A stretch of DNA of 64,000 nucleotides from Chloroflexota bacterium (lineage in GTDB: Bacteria > Chloroflexota > Limnocylindria > P2-11E): positions 1,754 to 65,753 of the forward strand of contig JAGWSB010000002.1 of assembly GCA_028876375.1 (NCBI GenBank), in the 5' to 3' direction. Below the pieces are notes generated by a model. The model was not told the origin of the DNA and searched no databases. It saw only the letters and a program-made list of their open reading frames with translations. This document shows positions 1-7,733 of this stretch, piece by piece; position 1 is the stretch's first letter; each line of letters opens with the position of its first letter. The translations under genes were made by a program, and so were the position numbers.

Positions 1-111
1 CCCGTAGATCCGAGGCTCGCGCGTGCCGAGCGCGCTCAGGTTGGGGCCGTTGAGCAGGAGGATCGTCGGGCCTATGCGCCGGACGACGCGAGCGTAGCGT
101 CCGCCGCTCAC
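1..111 (-). CDS. aroQ: 3-dehydroquinate dehydratase type II, N-terminal end only (gene runs off the left edge)
   Basis: Minus-strand reading from GTG at 111 gives MSGGRYARVVRRIGPTILLLNGPNLSALGTREPRIYG. This matches the type II dehydroquinase N-terminal signature (LNGPNL..LG.REP..YG). The GTG overlaps the aroK-aroB stop (GTGA). Confidence 0.85.
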   Translation of the reverse strand, partial: MSGGRYARVVRRIGPTILLLNGPNLSALGTREPRIYG

Positions 112-1706
112 GCCGCTCTCCCCTCCACCACGCCCGCCGCGCGCTGGAGCGAGCGCGGTCCGACGTCGGTCACCTCGCTGAACCGCCCGACCCGCCGCGG
201 CAGGATCCAGCGCACCCTGCCGGCCCGCGCCTTCTTGTCGCGGCCGAGGAAGGTCCACGTTCTGCGCGGGATGCGCGCACGGATCGGAAGCCGGGCGCGC
301 GACAGCAGGTCCTCGAGGGACGGTCGGAGAGCGCGCGGCGCGAGCCCGAGCTCCTCCGCGAGCGCGGTCGCGAACACCATGCCGACCGCGACCGACTCCC
401 CGTGCGTCGCGCGAAACCCGCTCGCGGCCTCGTACGCGTGCCCGAAGGTATGCCCGAAGTTGAGGAGCTCGCGCAGCCCCGCCTCGCGCTCGTCGGCGGA
501 GACCACGGCGCCCTTCATCTCGGCCGACATGAGCACGAGGAGCGTCGTCGGCGCGAGGTCGCGCGCGAGGACGCGCTCCACCGAGCGCAGCGTCTGCGCG
601 ACGCTCTCCCGGTCGGCGAGGAACGCGGTCTTCACCACCTCCGCGAGGCCCGACGAGACCTGCCGCTCCGGCAGCGTCGCCAGCAGCGCGGGGTCGCTGA
701 AGACCGCCGCCGGCGCGTGGAACGCCCCGACGAGGTTCTTCCCCTGCGGAAGGTCGATCCCGGTCTTGCCGCCGATCGACGAGTCCACCATGGCCAGGAG
801 CGTGGTCGGGACGTGGGCGAGCGCGATCCCGCGCATGTAGGTCGCGGCCGCGAATCCCGCGAGGTCGCCGGTCGCGCCGCCCCCGACGGCGACGATCCCA
901 CCGTCCCGGCCGACGCGCGCGACGGCGAGGTCGCGCCACAGGCGATCGAGCCCGGAGCGCGATTTCGCGCGCTCGCCCTCGGGTACGCGGATCGCGATGG
1001 GCTCCATGCCCGCGTCGCGCAGCGAGGAGAGGAGCGGCTCGACGTGGTGCCGCCGAGCGGTGCGGTCCCCGACGACGGCGATCCGGCCGGCCCAGCCGAG
1101 GTCGGCGAGGTGACGGCCGACGTGCTCGAGCACGCCGGCGCGAACGAGCACGGGATACGCGTGGCTCGCATGCACGTCGACGCGCAGGCCCCGCCCCGCG
1201 ACGATCCACGCGGCCACGGCGCGCGCGACCTCGTCGGGCGCCGTGCCGTCGACGTCGAAGCCCACGTCCACGTCGGCGTAGACCTGGCGGCGCTCGCGCA
1301 GCACGCGCTCGGCGTGCTCGCGCGCGCCGACGCCCTCGCGGCGCAGGTGCTCGCGCTTGGCCATCGTCCGCTCGAGACCTCGCGCCACGGTCGCGGCGCT
1401 GCCGCGCAGTCCGACGATGAGGCCCAGAGCGCGCATGCGCGCGCGATTCTCGGGGCGGACGGGCAGGCCGCCGCCCGTGGCGACGACCTCCCAGGCCGGC
1501 GTCGCCCGCAGCCGCTCGAGGACCGAGGACTCCAGGTCACGGAAGCGCTCGATCCCATCGTCGATGATCACGCGCGTGCACGGCTTCCCTGCGCGGCGTT
1601 CGATCGCGTCGTCGGTGTCGACGAACGACGCGCCGAGCACGCGGGCGAGCTCCGCGCCGACGACCGTCTTGCCGACGCCGGGCGGGCCGACCAGGAAGAT
1701 CCTCAC
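108..1706 (-). CDS. aroKB: bifunctional shikimate kinase / 3-dehydroquinate synthase (in-frame fusion)
   Basis: Starts VRIFLVGPPGVGKT (Walker A, shikimate kinase), about 170 aa. It continues in frame into a DHQ synthase domain (GGGATGDLAGF, DSSIGGKTGID, NFGHTFGHA). GTG 1706 sits in a GTGA overlap with the aroC stop. The rest of track ORF 108..3020 is Arg-rich shadow. Confidence 0.9.
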   Translation of the reverse strand: MRIFLVGPPGVGKTVVGAELARVLGASFVDTDDAIERRAGKPCTRVIIDDGIERFRDLESSVLERLRATPAWEVVATGGGLPVRPENRARMRALGLIVGLRGSAATVARGLERTMAKREHLRREGVGAREHAERVLRERRQVYADVDVGFDVDGTAPDEVARAVAAWIVAGRGLRVDVHASHAYPVLVRAGVLEHVGRHLADLGWAGRIAVVGDRTARRHHVEPLLSSLRDAGMEPIAIRVPEGERAKSRSGLDRLWRDLAVARVGRDGGIVAVGGGATGDLAGFAAATYMRGIALAHVPTTLLAMVDSSIGGKTGIDLPQGKNLVGAFHAPAAVFSDPALLATLPERQVSSGLAEVVKTAFLADRESVAQTLRSVERVLARDLAPTTLLVLMSAEMKGAVVSADEREAGLRELLNFGHTFGHAYEAASGFRATHGESVAVGMVFATALAEELGLAPRALRPSLEDLLSRARLPIRARIPRRTWTFLGRDKKARAGRVRWILPRRVGRFSEVTDVGPRSLQRAAGVVEGRAA

Positions 1707-2884
1707 GGCATCTCGGTGAGGTCCCCTCCACCCTGCCCCGGACGCGATCCGAGCGGATGGAGGCGCGCGCGGTAGCGCTCGACCGACGCGACGAGCGTCT
1801 CCACGTCGTCGTCCCCGAACTTCTCGACGAGCGCCTCGGCCAGCACGACGGCGAGCATCGCCTCGGCGACGACGCCGGCCGCGGGGATGACGCACACGTC
1901 GCTGCGCTCCACGTGCGCCGGCGACGGCTCGCCGCTCGCGAGGTCGACCGAGGGCAGCGGCTTCATGAGCGTCGAGATGGGCTTGAACGCGACGCGGCAC
2001 TCGATGTCGTTGCCGTTGGTCACGCCGCCCTCCAGCCCCCCGGCGCGGTTCCGCGTCCGCGCGAAGCGCCCGTCGCGCAGGACGATCGGATCGTGGACGG
2101 CGCTGCCGCGCTCGCGCGCCTGCGCGAACGCGTCGCCGAACTCCATGCCCTTGGCCGCCTGGATCGAGCAGAGCGCCTGCGCGATGCGCCCATCGAGGCG
2201 GCGGTCCCACTCCGCGTACGAGCCGAGACCGGGAACGACGCCGCTCGCGCGCAGCGCGACGATGCCCCCGAGCGTGTCGCCCGCGTCGCGCGCGGCGGAG
2301 ATCGCCGCGACCATCGCCGCCGCCCGCTCGGGTCGCCCGCAGCGCACCTCGCTCGCCTCGACGGCCTCCTGGTCCCACGTCGGCTCGCTGTCGACGTCGC
2401 CGATCGCGGCCACCTCGCTGCGCACCGTCGTCCCGACGAGCGCGAGGAGCTGCTTCGCGACCGCGCCGGCGGCGACGCGCGCCGCCGTCTCGCGCGCGCT
2501 CGAGCGCTCGATGACGTCGCGCACGTCGTGGAGCCCGAACTTCATCGCTCCCGCCAGGTCGGCGTGCCCCGGGCGCAGCCGCGTGACGGGCGCGGGCGGG
2601 TCGACGACCGGCTCCACGCTCATGACGCGCTCCCAGTTCGGCGCGTCGCGGTTGTCGATCTCGAGCGCCACGGGCGCGCCCGTCGTCCTTCCCTGCCGCA
2701 CCCCGCCCACGACGCGCACCTGGTCGCGCTCGATCTTCTGCCGCGCGCCGCGGCCGTAGCCGAGCTGCCGCCGCCGCAGGTCGCGGTCGATGACCGCCAC
2801 GTCGATCGCCAGCCCGGCGGGCACGCCGTCGAGCAGCGCGATGAGGCGCGGGCCGTGCGACTCGCCCGAGGTGAGGACGCGCAT
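1703..2884 (-). CDS. aroC: chorismate synthase
   Basis: MRVLTSGESHGP..., GRSSARETA and the overall length are typical of AroC. Confidence 0.95.
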   Translation of the reverse strand: MRVLTSGESHGPRLIALLDGVPAGLAIDVAVIDRDLRRRQLGYGRGARQKIERDQVRVVGGVRQGRTTGAPVALEIDNRDAPNWERVMSVEPVVDPPAPVTRLRPGHADLAGAMKFGLHDVRDVIERSSARETAARVAAGAVAKQLLALVGTTVRSEVAAIGDVDSEPTWDQEAVEASEVRCGRPERAAAMVAAISAARDAGDTLGGIVALRASGVVPGLGSYAEWDRRLDGRIAQALCSIQAAKGMEFGDAFAQARERGSAVHDPIVLRDGRFARTRNRAGGLEGGVTNGNDIECRVAFKPISTLMKPLPSVDLASGEPSPAHVERSDVCVIPAAGVVAEAMLAVVLAEALVEKFGDDDVETLVASVERYRARLHPLGSRPGQGGGDLTEMP

Positions 2885-2899
2885 CGAGCCTCCCCTTCC

Positions 2900-3679
2900 T
2901 TACACCGCGCGCGGCAGGGCCGCGCGCATGACGCCCACCGGCGCGTCGAGCCCGGTCCAGAGGCGGAACGCCCGCGCGCCTTGGTGCAACAGCATGATGA
3001 GGCCGTCGACGGCCACGCACCCGCCCGCCCGCGCGCGCGCCATGAGCGGGGTCTCCCGGGCGGTCGCGACGACGTCGACGACGGCGAGGCCGGAAAGGAG
3101 CGGCACGTCCTCGAGCGGGTCCTCGCCGCGGAGACCGAGCGACGTCGCGTTGACCACGATCTCATAGCCCTCGAGCGAGCGCACCGGCCACGGAGAGGTG
3201 TCGCCTGCCAGATGGCGCGCGCGCGCCGCGGTGCGCGCGGCGATCGTCACCTGCGCGCCTGCTCGCGTGAGATGGTCGACGCACGCGCGCGCCGCCCCGC
3301 CCGCGCCGAGGAGCAGGACGCGCCGGCCGGCGACGTCGACCCCCTTCTCCGCCAGCGCGTCGCCGAAGCCCGGCCCGTCGGTGTTGTCGCCGCGGAGGCT
3401 TCCCGTCCGCTTGAAGAGCGTGTTGACCGCGCCGATGCGCCGCGCCGTCTCCTCGACGCCGTCGAGCGCGCGCGCCACCTTTTCCTTGTGCGGGATGGTC
3501 ACGTTCGCCCCGAGCACGTCGTCCTCGCGGATGCGCGCGATCGCGCCGCGCAGGTCCTCCGAGCGCACGCGCAGCAGCTCGTAGCGATGCGGCAGGCCGA
3601 GGGCGCCGAACGCCGCGTTCTGCATCGCCGGCGAGAGCGAGTGCGCGACCGGGTCGCCGATGAGGTAGGCGACGGCCAT
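2900..3679 (-). CDS. aroE: shikimate dehydrogenase
   Basis: N-terminus LIGDPVAHSLSPAMQNAAF, NVTIPHK and GAVNT, followed by a GAGGAARA Rossmann motif. Confidence 0.9.
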   Translation of the reverse strand: MAVAYLIGDPVAHSLSPAMQNAAFGALGLPHRYELLRVRSEDLRGAIARIREDDVLGANVTIPHKEKVARALDGVEETARRIGAVNTLFKRTGSLRGDNTDGPGFGDALAEKGVDVAGRRVLLLGAGGAARACVDHLTRAGAQVTIAARTAARARHLAGDTSPWPVRSLEGYEIVVNATSLGLRGEDPLEDVPLLSGLAVVDVVATARETPLMARARAGGCVAVDGLIMLLHQGARAFRLWTGLDAPVGVMRAALPRAV

Positions 3680-3680
3680 G

Positions 3681-4826
3681 TCAGTCGTTGCCTACTTTCT
3701 TCCGGTTCGCCTCCTGCTCGTCGAGGGTCCGCGCGAAGAGGTGGTCGCCGGACGCGTCGTTCTTGGCGACGAAGTAGAAGTAGTCGTTCTGCTCGGGCTT
3801 CGCCGCGGCGTTCAGCGCGTCCACCCCGGGGCTGCAGATCGGCGTGGGCGGCAGTCCGGCGACGACGTACGTGTTGTACGGCGAGTCGATCTTCAGGTCG
3901 TCGAGGGTGAGCACGCGCCACTGGCCGACCGCGTACTGGATCGTGGGATCCGCGTCGAGCTTCATCCCGATGCGCAGGCGGTTCGCGTAGACGCCGGCGA
4001 TCCTCGGACTCTCCGTGCGGTCGCGCGCCTCGCGCTCGACGATCGATGCGAGCTTCACCAGGTCGTAGACGCTGCGCTTCTGGTCGCCCGTCGCGCCGCG
4101 CAGCGTCGCGCCCGCCTTGGACTCGAAGGTGTCGAGGAGCGTGTTCACTATCGTGTCCGCGGTCGCGTCGGGCTTGAAGAAGTACGTGTCCGGGTAGAGG
4201 AATCCCTCCAGCGGCAGCTTGGGGTCGAGGCCCGCGAGGGACCGCTGCGGATGCGTCCCCACCACGGCAGCCTTGAGGAACGCGTCCTGGGTGATCTTCG
4301 GGAAAGCCTTCGTGACGGCGTCGGTGATCTCGCTCAGGCGCCAGCCTTCGATGATCCGCAGCGTCGTCTGCTGCGCCGTCGCGGTCGCCGCGATCGCTTG
4401 CGCGACCTGCCGCGTCGTCATCGCCGCCGAGACGGTGTGGATCCCCGCCTGCAGATCGTCCTCGTGCCCCTCGTCGTACAGGACGAGCAAGAGCGCCAGG
4501 CGGTCGCGCACGATCCCCTGGTCCTCGAGACGCTGCGCCACGGCCCCCGCTGTGTCGCCCCTCTCGATCTCGAACGTCCGTGCCGCGCCCGACGGATCGG
4601 CCGCGACGTCGACCTCGCCGCCGATGCGCGCGGACACCAGCGCGCGGATGGGCGCCTGGCGCAGGAGGGTCGGGCGCTGCGCGACGAGGTCCATGACCGT
4701 CGAGCCCAGCGCGCCCTGCGCCTGCGTCGCGGCGACGATCACGAGCACGATGACGACCAGCACGAAGGCGAGCGGTCCGCTCCCGGAGCGCTGTCGCGGC
4801 GGCCGCGCCCGCGGCGCCGGCCTCAC
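3681..4826 (-). CDS. mltG: endolytic murein transglycosylase MltG/YceG family
   Basis: N-terminal TM (LAFVLVVIVLVIVAA) and a YceG C-terminus (SIVEREA, SPYNTYVVAGLPPTPICSPG). Start chosen at GTG 4826, which forms a GTGA overlap with the ruvX stop. An alternative start lies at 4961. Confidence 0.85.
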   Translation of the reverse strand: MRPAPRARPPRQRSGSGPLAFVLVVIVLVIVAATQAQGALGSTVMDLVAQRPTLLRQAPIRALVSARIGGEVDVAADPSGAARTFEIERGDTAGAVAQRLEDQGIVRDRLALLLVLYDEGHEDDLQAGIHTVSAAMTTRQVAQAIAATATAQQTTLRIIEGWRLSEITDAVTKAFPKITQDAFLKAAVVGTHPQRSLAGLDPKLPLEGFLYPDTYFFKPDATADTIVNTLLDTFESKAGATLRGATGDQKRSVYDLVKLASIVEREARDRTESPRIAGVYANRLRIGMKLDADPTIQYAVGQWRVLTLDDLKIDSPYNTYVVAGLPPTPICSPGVDALNAAAKPEQNDYFYFVAKNDASGDHLFARTLDEQEANRKKVGND

Positions 4827-5200
4827 CGCCGGCTCCGGAGGAAGTCCTCGAGCAGCACGCTGGCCGCGCCGGCGTCGCGGTCGGGCGCGCCCTGCAGCGC
4901 GCCTTCGGTCGTCGTGAAGCGCTCGTCGTACATCTCGATGGGTAGCCCGAGGCGCGCGCACGCGTCGGCGAAGCGCTTGACGCGCGCGGCCTGATGGCCT
5001 TCCTCGCCACGGAGGGTCAGCGGCAGCCCGATGAGCAGCGCCGCGACCTCCTCTCGCCGGACGACGTCCCCGATCGCCGCGACGTCCGCATCGACGCCCC
5101 TGCGTACGAGCGTTCGGAGCGGACGCGCGATGCCGCCCGCCTCGTCGCCGACGGCGAGGCCGATGCGGCGGTCACCGACGTCGAGCGCAAGATACCTCAC
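4823..5200 (-). CDS. ruvX: Holliday junction resolvase-like protein YqgF/RuvX
   Basis: VRYLALDVGDRRIGLAVGD... and LIGLPLTLRGEEG..., about 125 aa. GTG 5200 is in a GTGA overlap with the upstream gene's stop. The rest of track ORF 4823..6772 is shadow. Confidence 0.85.
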   Translation of the reverse strand: MRYLALDVGDRRIGLAVGDEAGGIARPLRTLVRRGVDADVAAIGDVVRREEVAALLIGLPLTLRGEEGHQAARVKRFADACARLGLPIEMYDERFTTTEGALQGAPDRDAGAASVLLEDFLRSRR

Positions 5201-6675
5201 TGTCCCGTCGCGCCCGGTGCGCTCTGCTCCGTCACGGTGATGCGGCCGTCGAGGAGCGGCAGGAAGGGCCACCATGCCGGGACCCACTCCAGGCGGACGA
5301 GCTGGAGGCCGTCGTCGCGAAGGACGCCTTCCGCGTCTCGCACCTGGTGCCCGGAGAGCATCCGCGCGATCCGCGGCAGATCGACGTGCTTGCTCTGGAG
5401 CGCGTGCGCCGTGATCGACCACGTCACCTCCGGCGCGTCCGAGATCTTCACGCTCATCTTGTCGATCGTCACCGACCTCTTGTCGACGTCGTTGCCGGGC
5501 GTCGCCGACTCGCGCAGCTTCTGGTACACGGCGTCGGCGGGCTGGCCTTCCGGCACCAGGTAGGCGGTGGCGTAGCCGCTCACGGTCAGGTCGAAGGTCG
5601 CGACCTCCTTGCCCACGACGTCCACGTTCGCGGGCGAGATCGACGTCTGCTGGTCGAGGACCTCGCGCACGGGGACCTGGCCCTTGCGCGGCTCGCCGAT
5701 CCACTTCCCGAGCTGATCCTCGGCGGCGGCGTGGAGCGCGTCGGGGGCGCGCTTCACGGCGGCGTCGTAGTCCTCGAGCTTGACGATGGGGATCTTCTTC
5801 GTGTCGCCGCCCGTCGTGGCTTCGGGGTTCGTCACGCTGTAGCGCCCGTCCGGGCTGACGACGATCCGCCCCGCTCCGACGTTCCCGGTCGGTCCGGCCA
5901 CGACGGCCTGCACGGGGATCACCTGCCTCCCGATGAGCAGGTTGAAGGGCAGGATGATCACGCTCCGCCCGAGGTTCGCGTCGGCGAGCGACGCGAACGC
6001 GATCCCGTCGGCGGTCTTGAACGTCGTTCCCTTCGGGATGGTGAGGTCGTCGGTGGTCTTGTTCTCGACCTGGACCGTCCCCTTCGCGGGGACCTGATCG
6101 GTCCGGCTGCCCGTCGCCGTGCCGGTGACCTTCGCCGTGATGGGCGCGGTGATGGGCGTGAGCGCGACATCCGCACCGGAGCCGGCCTTCACCGTCAGGT
6201 CGACCGGGCCGAGCGGCTGCGTCGCCGGCGAGACGACCACGGTCGCCTGCGGCAGGACGACCGCGGCCAGGATGAGGAGCGCCAGCCCGAGGCTCCCGGC
6301 GATGGCGCCGATGCGGCGCAGCGGCGGCCGCGCCCGCGTCGTGGCGATGAGCGGTGCCGTCGACGCCGCGCGTCGCGGGCGCTCGAGCTTCTCGGTCGGG
6401 TCGAGCTCGTGATGCTCGAGCGCCGCCAGGCTCGCGTACGCCGGCAGGTGCACGGATGACGCGATCGACCGCGCGCGCGCGTCGGTCGTGACGACGGACA
6501 GGCGGCGCGGCGCGGCCTGCGCGCGCAGGACCTCGAAGAACACCGCGTTCCGCAGCAGCGGCGCGCCCGGCGCGACGACGAGCGTGAGGTCGTCCTCGGC
6601 CGGCGCGGACGCGAGCTTCTCCGCGGCGTCGAGCACCGTCGCGCGGGCGTCGAGGTCGACGACGGCGCGGGCCAT
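5197..6675 (-). CDS. hypothetical bitopic membrane protein: cytoplasmic N-domain, one TM, large beta-rich ectodomain
   Basis: High GC3. ATG 6675 shares one nucleotide with the upstream stop (TGATG). One TM helix (IGAIAGSLGLALLILAAVVL) lies near residue 135. The ectodomain is T/V/G-rich (TIPKGTTFKTADGIAF) and the C-terminus is Trp-rich (WVPAWWPFLPLL). I recognise no family with certainty. Confidence 0.8.
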   Translation of the reverse strand: MARAVVDLDARATVLDAAEKLASAPAEDDLTLVVAPGAPLLRNAVFFEVLRAQAAPRRLSVVTTDARARSIASSVHLPAYASLAALEHHELDPTEKLERPRRAASTAPLIATTRARPPLRRIGAIAGSLGLALLILAAVVLPQATVVVSPATQPLGPVDLTVKAGSGADVALTPITAPITAKVTGTATGSRTDQVPAKGTVQVENKTTDDLTIPKGTTFKTADGIAFASLADANLGRSVIILPFNLLIGRQVIPVQAVVAGPTGNVGAGRIVVSPDGRYSVTNPEATTGGDTKKIPIVKLEDYDAAVKRAPDALHAAAEDQLGKWIGEPRKGQVPVREVLDQQTSISPANVDVVGKEVATFDLTVSGYATAYLVPEGQPADAVYQKLRESATPGNDVDKRSVTIDKMSVKISDAPEVTWSITAHALQSKHVDLPRIARMLSGHQVRDAEGVLRDDGLQLVRLEWVPAWWPFLPLLDGRITVTEQSAPGATGQ

Positions 6676-7733
6676 CAGGACACCTCCGCCGCGAGGGCGG
6701 CGGCCGCGGCGGCGGCGAGGTCTTCGGCGTGGAGCGGCTCGACGGCGAACACCCGCGACGCGAGCGCCGCACGCAGCGGAACGATCTCGACGTCGCCGCC
6801 GCGCTGCGCCGCGAGCGCGTCGCCGAGCGCGCGCGGCAGCGCGACGAGCTCGTCGGGCACGCCGACGATGTGCCAGCGGGCGGGCAGCTGACCCTCGAGC
6901 GCGGGCAGCGGCGCGACGACGCAGCGCGCCCACACCTCCGCGCCGCTCGGCGAGCCGTCGGTGCGCGCGAGCAGCGCGTCGCGTCCCAGGCCGAACGCGC
7001 GCGTCGCGACGACGCGTCCGGCGCGGATGACGGCCAGCGCCGTGACGTCGGGCCCCAGCCGCAGGATGCCGCCCTCCTCGACGCCGGACGCGGCGAGCAG
7101 CCGTCCGAGGGCGTACGCGCCGCTCGCGACCGTGCCGCGGTGCTTCGCGGCGTCGAGCGCCGACGTCGCGGCGCTGGCGAGGACGAGGGGCGCGAGCGCC
7201 ACGTCGGTGCGCACCTCGACGAACCGCCCCTGGAAGCCGACGACCTCGCCGAGGACGCGGCCGTCGACGGCCAGGCTCGCGACGTCGTCGCGCAGCTGCA
7301 CCGCCGCGATGCCGCGCAGCGCGGGATCGTTCAGCGCGGCCTCGCGCGCCGTCCGCTCCGCTTCGGCGCGCGCCTCCGCCATCGCGCGCGCGACCTCGCC
7401 CGGCGTGATGGGATGGCCGACGCCCTCGCGCTCGAACGTCGTCGCGATGTGGTACGTCCGCACGTCGTCGCCGTCGATGATCGCGACGATCCGCGCCGGA
7501 TGGTCGCGCGGCGACGCGCTGGCGAGGGCGCTCGCGACCGCCGCGCCCACCGCGTCGCGGTCCACGACGAGCCCGCCGGTGAGCGCGCCGGCGCGCACCG
7601 GGGACCGTCCTACGCCCGTCACGCGCAGAGCCGCTGCCTCGCGGTGGCCCACGACCGCGCGCACGCGGTCGGCGCCGAGATCGAGACCCGCGACGGCCGG
7701 GCCGCGCTCGACCTTCGGCTTAGCTTGAGCCAC
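6675..7733 (-). CDS. actin-fold ATPase-like protein (FtsA/PilM-like, degenerate nucleotide motifs)
   Basis: 352 aa. The N-terminal strand VAGLDLGADRVRAVVG resembles phosphate-1 of the FtsA/PilM/MreB fold. A second element, GILRLGPDVTALAVI, sits where DxGGG would be. High GC3. Confidence 0.7.
   Translation of the reverse strand: MAQAKPKVERGPAVAGLDLGADRVRAVVGHREAAALRVTGVGRSPVRAGALTGGLVVDRDAVGAAVASALASASPRDHPARIVAIIDGDDVRTYHIATTFEREGVGHPITPGEVARAMAEARAEAERTAREAALNDPALRGIAAVQLRDDVASLAVDGRVLGEVVGFQGRFVEVRTDVALAPLVLASAATSALDAAKHRGTVASGAYALGRLLAASGVEEGGILRLGPDVTALAVIRAGRVVATRAFGLGRDALLARTDGSPSGAEVWARCVVAPLPALEGQLPARWHIVGVPDELVALPRALGDALAAQRGGDVEIVPLRAALASRVFAVEPLHAEDLAAAAAAALAAEVS

Noticed and set aside
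1707-3020. N-terminal 438 aa of track ORF 108..3020, and likewise the upstream parts of ORFs 4823..6772, 12066..15233, 21817..27465, 41184..43046 and 51906..53378
   Set aside because: The long ORFs are read-through of open frames upstream of the real starts. The extensions overlap other real genes in different frames and are Arg-rich. Real starts were set at motif-supported GTG/ATG codons, usually in 4-nt overlaps.
5197-6675. Prophage or tail-like element suggested by a baseplate-J-like resemblance
   Set aside because: There are no other phage structural, integrase or lysis genes nearby. The gene is embedded in a housekeeping operon. The resemblance is a weak recollection, not a search result.
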